In this document: positions 13,312 through 24,240 of the stretch, one piece after another
Layout of the letters: each line of letters begins with the position of its first letter
Numbering within the stretch: the stretch's first letter is position 1
Assembly: GCA_051294905.1 (NCBI GenBank)
Contig: CM119371.1
Span: 37,574,001-37,638,000, forward strand
Reading direction: 5' to 3'
Length of the DNA: 64,000 bases
Source: Botryllus schlosseri
Taxonomy: Eukaryota
Notes under the pieces: model-generated
What the model was told of the DNA's origin: nothing
The model's database searches: none
Seen by the model: the letters and a program-made list of their open reading frames with translations, nothing else
Made by a program: the position numbers and the translations under genes

Positions 13312-13586
13312 TGTTAGGTAATCCGGTTTGAGCGAATAATTATCGACGCGACAGATTTCGCGTTGTCGGGAGGGGTCGTTCACACTTCCATTAGTGTGCC
13401 TTGGAGTAGACTTTTAACAAAATACACGAGCCGAAACTCTGTCAACAAAAGGTGTTCGTGTACCACCTGAAAATAGAACATTGAACGCTCTCTTATTCGG
13501 AATTTCATACTGGAGACGTCATATTTTGTGATACCATTGTTGATACACAATGTTCTTTTTAATTATCTACTATGTTGTTGACGATT

Positions 13587-13620
13587 ACCCCTGACGAGTG
13601 TTAGCCGAAAATATTCGGGT
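13587..13620 (+). ncRNA. Minimal type I hammerhead ribozyme
   Basis: ACCC-CTGACGA-G tgttagc C-GAAA-ATAT-TC-GGGT: stem I ACCC/GGGT, conserved core, palindromic AATATT stem III, UUC cleavage triplet. Confidence 0.75.
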
Positions 13621-16209
13621 TCATTTCAATATGAATATACTATTCAATAACTATAAAATATAAAATGCAAGAGAAATGAGATGAATTCTCAGCAATCTTG
13701 AGAAATTTAGTTCTATACGCATATCATCGACATCAAGAGGATTACATCGTACATGAAAAGCGTATTAACCACATAAGGCGCGAGGACCCTGAAAGTAGCT
13801 TTATTTGCCTTAAACATTAAAATATTTGGGCGCTACGCTTTTCAAGTTGCGCTGGCTTATTGCGGCAGTAGTGGCAAGTCGATTATTAGTCTCGTCACTT
13901 AATATTCTTACTATTAATAATGCTGCAAAAACCTAGTTTATCATCTATAAATGACTGGTGCGTCATGTTTTGTAATTACCGAGTGTTACATATCTTGTAG
14001 GTGAATTTAGCATGGCTATGACACGTCATAATTATAGAAATCTGCGGCAAGAGATCACGAAATCGCCGACAAATGTTCATGCTCAGGCAAAGCTAACAGG
14101 ATACACGTCGTGAATCTAACACTACGATTATGACGGAATTCTATCATAAGTTACCGCGAGGCGACGCACTGGCCATGTCGGGTATTCGTGACTTCGTGAC
14201 TTTCCACTACAAAAGGATAATCAACAGTAATACCAATAACAATAACAACGACACTGGCGTATAGTTGAGGAAATGGGAGTCGCGCCAGCATATAGCCCAT
14301 ATGTTTTAGTAGGGTCAAATTACGTAGATACCAGAAAGCTTTTAAGACGCAATTTGAACCAAAGTCTCTAAGCCAGCAGAACCAACGTTTCTCATCTTGA
14401 ACCAGCCATCAGTTGCTTTCCAGTCGATATCAAACATGTGACTCGCACACCAACTGTACACACTTTTATAGCCTCTAGAGTACCGGGGCGTGGACGAGAA
14501 AGGAAACGGCGCCTACAATTATCTATGTTTTTCTGATAATTGCTGTTCGTGACTGAAAGCTGAGCGTCAGTAGTCGCCTGAATACATCTGAGTGCATCTG
14601 ACATCGTTACAAGCACACTGTGACAAAACTACAGGGAAAATATCCAAACAAGTGGTGTGTTACAGTCACTTGTACGTTCCAACTTTAAACCAATTGATTT
14701 GAGCTCAACAGCAACTTCCCTTGTAGGACTCGCGCCGGTCATATGGCCCACTCACAACATGAGATTCCAATGAAAACGAAAATTTGGCTGAATTCATATG
14801 CTACTATATGCACTGTATGTGCAGCAATCAATTGACCTTGTTTTCACGGTATGTTTTCTTTCAATAAATATTGTCTGAAATCATTACGGATTGATTGGAT
14901 TCCGTTGCATGCCGTCTTGATTACTTGATGGGTAAATATTTGTCCAAGATTATTCCGGTACAAGCGAACAAAGTGTGCATGGTGTACAGGACCGTTGAAA
15001 CAGAAATAATGGTTAATTGAAGGCGAATGAAAATGATTACTAATAGACGAGGTCGTCAATTTCAGCGCGTCATTAGTCAAAATAAGAGCCCTGTTGTTCG
15101 CATCCGTCTGTAGTGACTTTGAGGACAGAAAATTCCATTAAATTTGCATCGAGAAAAAATAATAGGAAGAAAGACAGCGCCCTCAAATACCTTCTCGTGA
15201 AGATTAGCGCCTTCAAATTCACGCGATGGCGGTACCAGCATCTGCCGGCTTCGAAGCTTGATCAAACTCCCCCGCCCGAGGGCCAAACTGTGAGGATGCG
15301 TGGAATTAGCCTTCTCTTCGCTGTGACTCGGCGTGATGCCATATCACGAAATCGACGTAGTTTCGAGGGCTTGCCAACATCGAGTATCCATGGAATCCAA
15401 TAAAGCTTCGAGCGGGATGATTCAAGTGAAATATCACTTGAAATGACGCCATTACAACAGGAGTGACTAGGTGTTTCTAAAACGCACTTTTCATGCGGCC
15501 ACGAAGTAAATAATTACAAGTAAACATACTTATATGAGGTATAAAAAGATTGCTCACAGTAATAGGCCGTTACGATTCGAGACTACACTGCAGCGTGTTC
15601 ACTACTGGCAGTGAACTATGTCGACTTCCTGCAACATGTATTGAATGATATGCATCGAAATTTTATTCGTGAAGAAAGTACCACAAGTTCAATTTCTTGC
15701 CTTAATATGGACAATATCATTTCGTTATTCAAATCACAGAAACTGGTATTCGAATAAGATTCGATTACCTTAAATTTCCCTCTAACTTTTGACCAGTCTA
15801 CGTGCAATCACCAACTCACCGCGCGGTTCCTTGAACAACAGTGCGTAACGACTAAATAAGGTCATCACTTCAGCACACGTTTTTCCGGGCACGGCGACTT
15901 TGTCAGCAGTGCGCGCAACACGGAGGGAACGTTGCTCGGAAGGTTCCAACGTACTGATATCGTGGTTTGCCATAAATTTATTGTGTTTAAATGTGTTGAC
16001 TTGGAGAATGAGATTCAGTTCTGTACTATGCGTAATCTTTATTGACTTGGGAACCCCCACGTCATAGATGGGCAGCTATTTTCTGAGTATGAAAGGCAGG
16101 AAATAGGCTACGTTGGCGAACCAAGTTAAAAAGTTACCACTGTATTCGTCAGTGTGTTAATTTATTATGTTGAAATTTTATTATATATTATATATTATTA
16201 TATAATATT

Positions 16210-17127
16210 TAAGGCCATTTTTATATGACCTAAAAAAATCCATAATATGACTTTACTTTTCGGAATATATGACTTTATATGACTTTATGTGAAAATCATG
16301 TATTTTTACATGCCAACAACGTTACTCACGGTACTAAAGAGTAAAACACACGCAACATAACACATCCATTTTTATTTGAAACCACTGTTGTAGTACAGTT
16401 TCATGTAGTGCGGAATCTTAGAGTCTTTGAAGTCACGATTAGGACGTAAAATGACTTTAGTAAGGAAAATAAACGCTCCACAGACGCTGACGTGGGTTGG
16501 CACTTCTGCAGTTTTGCATAAAGCGATGGCGAAATGTCTCGTCTTTGTAGCTCCATAATTTTTTTCACATCGTTTTTGTCCAATTGCTTCTTAATGCAAT
16601 TTTTGAGCTCAAGCGGATCTTTTCCGAAATCAAGGGCATTTAGATCAGCATGGGCGTGTACGTACGCTATAACTTTCCATTACAACATCACATCAGGTTG
16701 ATGGTGTACGTAGGCTATAACTTTCCATTTTCAGTATTAAGTTTGAAATATTGTTATAGTGGAGGCAAATTGACCGAATAGTCAACTTTGGATCATGGAC
16801 TGAATGTTTTATGCTCTTTACAATAACTTCACCTTCCTACGTCTCGGCATAATTTTGAGCAGCATTCGACCAGCTACCCCAACGAGTAACTGCCCTAGCT
16901 TCTTCGTGCTTGATTGCTTCACTGCTTAAATTAGTACATTTTATTCAAACTATACTAAAAATATGACTTTATAACTTTTTATGACCTAACCAGCAAAATA
17001 TAACTTTATAAGACTTTATAACTTTCTTAATATACCCCATAGGGATGCGGTTTTCGCGTTAAAATTGATTTCACGACTTACTGATGCATAGAAAAAAATA
17101 TGACTTTAATGACTTTAAATGGCCCTA
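16210..17127 (-). mobile_element. Internally deleted hAT transposon with transposase remnants
   Basis: TIR TA(A/G)GGCCATTT, TSD ATAATATT/ATGATATT, ATGACTTT subterminal repeats. Minus-strand VTRWGSWSNAA and dimerisation-like YAKLQKCQPTSASVERLFSLLK. Confidence 0.8.
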
Positions 17128-17195
17128 ATGATATTACTATATTATATAAATATATTGTATTTATATATTGAGAGCAATGAACTACGTGGTTGATA

Positions 17196-17474
17196 GTGGC
17201 GAAATAATGCAGTGGTATATATCGCGGCTGCAACACCAACGGGTTGCGAGTTCGAGTCCGACCGAGGTCGACTTCAGAAACCCCATACCAGAGTGATGGA
17301 GGTTTATCTAGGCTCCTCTTCGCCACCTCATCCGGGAAAGTGGTCTCCTACAAAACGCTTAGAAGTGGGCCATGCTATAAGTCGGCAGTTACGGAATGAA
17401 AATGAAGATAATTGGCCTGGTGTAAATGATCATGGTAGTCGACACACACCATCAATACCTCAAAACAAACACAA
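17196..17474 (+). mobile_element. tRNA-derived SINE, family A
   Basis: A box, B box GTTCGAGTCC, (AAAC)n-like tail, TSD ACGTGGTT(G/A)ATA. Homologous to 44152-44429. Confidence 0.85.
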
Positions 17475-18243
17475 ACGTGGTTAATACAAGCTTCTGGGTG
17501 GATGTGATACTGTAAGGCAAGTAAGAATTGAGAGGTAAAGTACAAATATAATATTCATCCAACATAATTATTAAAAAAAAGTTAACAATAAAAATCGTTG
17601 CACCCTTTTATTCACACCAACCCAAGGGTCCGTCCTTCTATTAAGACACCAAAATGTATGGGATGTTACAGCTTGGTCACTATCTCGATCGGTGTGTGGC
17701 TTGGTAAACTCGTCCTGTTATTTTGATAATGTTGCCGGCAGGTTTTCCGAGTTCGTCTTCTCGCAGCCTCAGCGGAATGAATGCGTTGTTATGACATTTT
17801 CTCGACTTAAATTAACCCATGATATATCGACTTTATTATGTATGTAGATAACGTCAGGAATCGGCTACCCCTGACACGTGTGCATAAAGTGGCGCGCAAG
17901 ATGAATTTTTATAACACGCTAAATAATTTCATGTGCAATATTATAAACATTTTTTTTGGGAAAAGTGAAACAAAAGTCAGCAAATAGTAGAGATCTGGGA
18001 GTAACGTTGTATTGCATATCAACAATCGTATGTTTAGTAAACTGATTTCATGCTGGTGACGTCATATTTTAAGATATGATTATTGATATACAATGTCTGT
18101 CCAATTCTCTACTACTTGCAGGCGATTACCCCTGACCATGTCAGCTGAAAAAAGTCGGGCTCATTTCGATATGAATGTACTACTCAATTGTATATTGAAG
18201 TTCTGTACCTCCAAGAAGCTCTTCACAGAATTCAACAACTCAC

Positions 18244-18655
18244 TCAAAGGTATGTATAAATGGAGGGGATTCTGAAGGTCAGAAATCTTCCTTCGCCGAG
18301 GATGAGGCTAAAGTCGATAATAATATTGAGGAGACGGGCTGTAGTCGGGTCCGACCTGGTTGCTGTTGTAGAGTAAATATTCCTGGCTGGATTGGGTGTC
18401 ACTCACTGCCTGAAAAGTAAAACATTGTAGTCGGTTCTTGCGATGATTGCGAACTATATGTTTGATTCAGAGAGCAAATGTTAGGTAACATTGGAGCGAC
18501 TCACGTGATGCACTACCGGCTCTCTGCTTTCTGTTAAAATCAGAATCAGCAAATTTCAGAGTATGCTATTTCCTAAAACAGAATACATAATACACACCTT
18601 CAGAAGCGTAGGCGAAGTAAGCGTAAATCGCGAGGCAGATAATTGGGATCTTCAT
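18244..18655 (-). pseudogene. Lectin-family paralog 2: exons 1-3 only, premature stop
   Basis: Exons 18655-18598 (MKIPIICLAIYAYFAYASE), 18530-18505 and 18409-18244. In-frame TAG at 18310-18308. Homology to paralog 1 ends at about 17975, before exon 4. Confidence 0.82.
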
Positions 18656-18941
18656 CTCGAATCTTCTAGCTATGAAATACAAAATGCAAGAAAAATGAGA
18701 TGAATTTTCAACAATGTTGATATCTTTCGTACTATACGCATATCATCGACGCCAATATGTTTACATCGTACATGAATTCAGCGTACTAACCACATATGGC
18801 GCGAGGCTTCAGAAATTAGCTTTATTTGCCTTAAACATTAAAACATTTGGGTGTAATGCTATTTAAGTTGTACTGGCTTATTGCATCACAAGTGGCAATT
18901 CAATTATTAATCTCATATGCCTTATTATTGCTACTTATAAT

Positions 18942-19902
18942 TAGGGATGGTGTCAACTTTTGAAAGGCTCAGGTTCGTGTGAACGCGAACCTTTTTGAAA
19001 GGTTCTGTGTGAACGCGTACGTGAACCTCATGACGTCACATGACGTCATATTGCTGATTCCAACCCTACATTTCGGTGAAGTGATAGCCTATATGAATGT
19101 ACAGTGTACACGATATCTAGCGACGACTCGGTCCACATAATGCCGCAATGCTGAAGTACATATTGAGGTTTTAAACGTCGCCAAACGCACCAACTGGGGC
19201 AATAAAATGATATAATAATCCCATAGAATTATTATCTTCCGTTGCTTTGCCAACAACCTGCAAACGAATATAAGCTCATGCCTTAACGTTCTAGGTCAGA
19301 CAGGACAATATATTTCGCGTCTGAGCATTGCTACGTTGATATTGGGAATAACGTAAAACGTGTTTCTATACTTGCTACCGATATTACCTCATTAACAAGT
19401 TATACAGCACCCCAATACCACGGATTTGGTTTTGATGATGCAATAAACAGATGAAGTCAAGATTCTTAACATCAGACAACGATATCAATTTCATTGATTG
19501 ATTGAATAACCATTATTCGCTGACTATCTGTAGTGTATTTCGCTCCTGATCTTGTGTGATTGTGGGTCTCACAGAGCAGAGAGTCACTAAATATTCACAA
19601 ACGGAAACTTGGATATTCCGAGCAAACTTTTGTAACAAAGCAAGTAAAATATTTGCGATTGTCAAGGTGCATGCTCATTTGGTGTTGATTTTTATTATGC
19701 TGCCAGCGCCATGCCTAGAATGGCGCGCTTCGGAAATGCAATAAATTTCATACAAAGATGTTATAATGCAGTGAAAATTGTATTATATGAAATAGATTCA
19801 CAGTACAGAACCTACCAAGGTTCGTTTGTGAACGTGAACTTCTAAATTTCTGAGGTTCAAACACAGAACGCGAACGTGAACCTAACGTATACACCATCCC
19901 TA
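18942..19902. mobile_element. hAT-type MITE (GTGAAC/GGTTC subterminal repeats)
   Basis: TIR TAGGGATGGTGT, TSD CTTATAAT/CTGATAAT, empty site at about 13911. Inverted second copy at 28851-29830. Confidence 0.87.
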
Positions 19903-20301
19903 CTGATAATAATACTGCAAAAACCTAGTTTATCATCTATAAATGACTGGTGCGTCACGATCTGTAATTACCCAGTGTTATATATCTTGCACGTAAATTT
20001 AGCATGGAAATTACGCATCATAATTATAGAAGTCTGCGGCAGGAGATCACCAACTTGGCGACAAGGGTTCATGCTCAGGCAAATTTAATAGGTTACCGTT
20101 ACACGTCATGAATCGAACATTACGATTATGACTGAATTCTATCAGAAATGAACACGCACTAGAGTAGGCGACGCACTGGCCATGTCCGGTATTCGGGACT
20201 TCGGGATTTTCCACTTCAAAAGGATAATCAACAATAGTAACAATCCCAATCACAATATTAACGACACTGGTGCAGCTGATGAAATGAGGGTCGCGCTAGC
20301 A

Positions 20302-20553
20302 CAGTGGTTCTTAGCCATTTTTAGACACGCCCTCCTTTAATATGGTGGGATGCTAGCAACCGCAACAGATTGTTTGATGGCATGGAAGGTTATGACTGAT
20401 GGTGAGAGAAATAAAAAATATGAAATTCGGTCTATATATAGAGAAACACGCGTGAATTGGAGGTAAATCGCGTAGAGCGCGTTTTTTTTCAGTTGACCCC
20501 TTTTTCGCACCTCCTTTCAGATGCTTTCACGCCCCCCAGGCTGAGAACCACTG
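20302..20553. mobile_element. Short hAT MITE
   Basis: TIR CAGTGGTTCT/AGAACCACTG, TSD CGCTAGCA, empty site at about 14283. Relatives at about 28010-28309 and 52886-53205. Confidence 0.85.
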
Positions 20554-20696
20554 CGCTAGCATAAACTATGCATTCAGTAGACTCGGATTACGCAGATGCA
20601 AGAAAGCTCTTAAGACGCAGTTTGAACCAAAGTCTCCAAAGCCGGCAGAGTCAATATTGCTCATCTTGAACCTGCCACATAGTTGCGCGTCAGTTG

Positions 20697-21060
20697 TATG
20701 TATGTATTAATGGGCACAACACAGTGGAGCTTATCACCTTTATAGGCCTTGTGCTCCACGACATGAATTTCATAATGCTCATTGGTCTTTGCTTTAGTAT
20801 TCTTTGGAACGTCTTTCAATCTCTCTTGCAGTCATTTTTCATTCTCTCTCGCTCCCACGCGTCCCCATCCAGGTCTCTGCTGCCGACTTGTAGCACGGCT
20901 CACTTTCAGTCTTGGCTTTTCAACGCACTACCGTAGCAGTGAGGTCGACGATGAGGAGCCCAGATAAACCTCCGACACGTAGACGTTGATCAGAACCGGG
21001 ATTCGAACCAGCATCCATTGATGCCGTGACTGCAGTGTTAAACCAACTGCACCACTCGCT
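20697..21060 (-). mobile_element. tRNA-derived SINE, family B
   Basis: Head with TGGTGCAGTTGG and GGTTCGAATCCC, (ATAC)n tail, TSD TCAGTTG. Absent from the paralogous site at about 14420. Confidence 0.8.
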
Positions 21061-21574
21061 TCAGTTGATCTCAATCGTGTGATTCCCACATCAACAATGA
21101 AAACACTTTTCTGGCCTCTAGAACACCAGGGCGTAGACGAGAAGGGAAAAAACAGTGACAAGAATTATCACTCGTTTTTGGTAGTTATGTTTGTGACTAA
21201 ATGATGAGCGGTATGTGTGTCAACGTCGTTTGTGTCGCCTGAATATAGGATACCTGACGGCATCTGCTATCGTTACAAGCAAGCTGTGTCAAAATACATG
21301 GAACATATCCAAACAAGCGACGTATTATAGTCACTTGTACGCTTTCAACTTTGAATTAATTGATTTGAGTTCAACAGCAACTGCCCTTGAAGGACGAGCA
21401 CGGGCCATATTGCCCACTCACAACATGAGATTTCAATGACAGCGATATTTTAGCTGCTTTACATAGGTTCAATAATTGAAATGATCGGATAATCTGTGCA
21501 TTGCAGCGTGTCACAAAACCAACTTCTCTGAATTATTCACTCCAGTGAAAGTCCGTTGTTCGTGTACCGTAGGC

Positions 21575-22597
21575 CTACATGGCATTCGCTGATGACATAA
21601 TCCTGACAGCTATAAACTCCAAAGCGCTGCGGGCGCAGCTAGCCATGCTAGAAAAGGAATTGACGGCATACGGGCCTCAAATCAACCCGCAGAAATGTGT
21701 ATTAAATGTGTAAGCCTGTTTATTCAAACTGATGGGACAAAGAAGAATTGGTCGGTACATCCTCGATCGACCGTGAGGATGGTGCGTAAGTCAGTCAAGG
21801 TCCTCTTCATCGAGGAGCCCTTCAAGTACCCAGGAGTAGCCGTGAATGCGAGCTGCGCCCGAGCGGAAATGATGGAATGACTGAAAAGAAAACTCGCTGA
21901 AGCAACTCGACCCCCCTGAAACCGCACCAACGACTCTATAAACTAAATAAGCATATCTCTCCAGCAATGTACCACCAACTAGTACTTGCCAATGCAGCGA
22001 CGAAGTACCTACGTCAAATAGACTGGCTGACTCAGGAATCGGTGCGATACTGGCTCAAGATGCCCTAAGATACACCGCAGGCGTTCTTCCACGCTACCCA
22101 AGCAGACGGTGGGTCAGGTATTGTTTCATTGGTCAGCGGGTGCCAGTATTGCAAACTCGCCGATTTGCAAAACTGGAGCAATCAGAAAATCCTCTCATTC
22201 GAGCAGCGGGCCTACTTGCGTACAGAACAGCTCGCTGCCGCTCAATGAAGCCAACAGACGAAACGACGAGAACACTAGACCAGAAAAATAGATCTGAACT
22301 TCTCTCAATGGTGGATGGTCGCGGATTAACAAACGCCGACAAACGTCGGAGCAGCATCGGAATGGATTGGTTAGACCTCTATTCTGGATGGCCGAAAATA
22401 TATCGACACAATTAAAATCAGAAGTAATTTGGTTTCTACCCCATCACGAAAATCTAGTGGGAGGCGAACACGAACCCCAGGTGCGAACGCTGTGGAAAAA
22501 TAGCTTTTAGCATATTTTACAAGTATGTCTGTGGATCTATGGCACTCGTATTAATTGGCATATTCGGGTTGTCAGTTACGCGAAAAGCCGTGGATAT
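21575..22597 (+). mobile_element. Decayed R2-clade (RLE-type) non-LTR retrotransposon fragment
   Basis: Frameshifted translation gives MAFADDIIL, INPQKC, PLKPHQR, DTPQAFFHATQADGGSG, VDGRGL, C..C...HILQVC...GTRINWH, i.e. RT end, thumb and zinc knuckle in R2 order. Confidence 0.8.
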
Positions 22598-24240
22598 AGT
22601 CTAAAATCATAACAGCATGAGTATGAAGTGTAAGTACGTACCGGTGTACTCCTAAAAAGTTGAAGTACTCCGTTTCTGCTTGACGCTAGTTATAAGTGTA
22701 CGAAATAGCGTTCACTCAAGATTCGCCGTTGATGACGCACAACGTCAGACACCAAATATAAACAAATTACTTCACTGGATAAAAATTGTAAACAAACACC
22801 AATTTAGATAATCCTTGGCCGAAATCGAGCTCAAGCGTCTCGACTAACAGCTTTATTCAGACGACTTTGATGACGTTTGCCGTGAGAGTCGATTACCTGG
22901 TGACCACGTAACCTGTTCTTTCAGATTCACCATAAAATTATACGTCAACCTTCCACATCTTTTCCAGACTTCTTATCAGCTTTGTCAATAAGATATATTT
23001 TTAAAGTCGGATATATTTTTATTACGAATAGACAATGCTTTCGAAAGATGTTTTGTCATCAAAAATATGAGTCATTAATTTCGAAAGAAATGAAAATTCA
23101 TCACAACTGATTTCAAACCACGCAATGGCGACAAAATCGGTCGTCCATGACGAAGAACGATGTTACTCATATTTGCGAATGACAGGATCCGGATTTGGAA
23201 AACTATCAAATCCGGACAGTATTTGGAAATTCTTACATATCGTTGCATGTCACTTCGTCACCCTATCCGAATCCGTCCAAAGTCATATTTTTTCCTAATC
23301 TTAACTCAGATGAGATGAGTATGGATTTGAGATTCAGATTTGTTGACCTTGGCTTGATTTGTCTCGGGCATGGATTTATGACCAATTTGAAATTAGAATT
23401 GGATTCGAATATAAAATTTATGAATCCTTACAATTTTTGATGCGACCATCGAACAAATTCCATTCAATGACGTATTCGGATTTGAATTTAGAGCTAGATC
23501 ACTACAGATTGCAAAGTGTTCTTTAGTGCTTGACATGCCAAAACAGCATCATTGGTAATTCTATAGCTGGTGAACCGGGCGTGAAACTTAATGAAAATGG
23601 TTTGAACCGAAAGCTACTTGTGCACCAATTCCGAAAATATAATTTATGATCTGGTCAAGGTACTGAAACCCACCCAAATATCTTTCTGAAAGTCCCAAAT
23701 GTACATTGATATGAACAATCGGAGTGCGATTCTGAACAGCGATGATTTCTGTCTTTGAGCGTAATGTCAGGGCAATTCCATAGCCAGGGCAATTTTAAAT
23801 TGATATTTTCAGTACCAGTAAGACATGAGCTTTGGATTAAAACTGTAGTTTTAACTTTTGCGCTCTGGTCGTCAGCTCTAAAACCATACCTTATATGTTT
23901 GGGAAGCTACCAGTGACCAGATCTAGCGAAAACAAAAACACTTTTCATTCAAAGTGACGACTGAAGTTGCGTATCTAACGTTAGAATTAAGACAAAATAT
24001 ATTCTGGATCTGAATTTGGATCGATTTTTTCGATCACGAGCCTACGAGATGTGACAGGACTTGAATCTATAATCCGTAACAAGATTTTGATTCCAAAATA
24101 GGAAGTCCGCTTAAGTCCCTGACAGGCGTGTGATCCAATAGTTGAGTATCGGTGTGATATTTCGTTATATCAGATCCGGCGCTAGGCGGCAGGTCATAAA
24201 TTCTTCGGTCACAGTTACAACGACAGTCACGTGATGCGGT

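Larger units (their letters stand above)
12349..13650 (+). mobile_element. 5'-truncated Penelope-like element (GIY-YIG endonuclease C-terminus, inverted pLTR)
   Basis: After removing the nested MITE it reads AIGKHLLGNPV*ANNYRRDRFRVVGRGRSHFH*CALE*TFNKIHEPKLCQQKVFVYHLKI, typical of PLE ORF ends. Inverted terminal copy at 12355-12445. Flanked by 10-bp direct repeat CTATAAAATA; empty site in the paralog at 18670. Confidence 0.82.
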
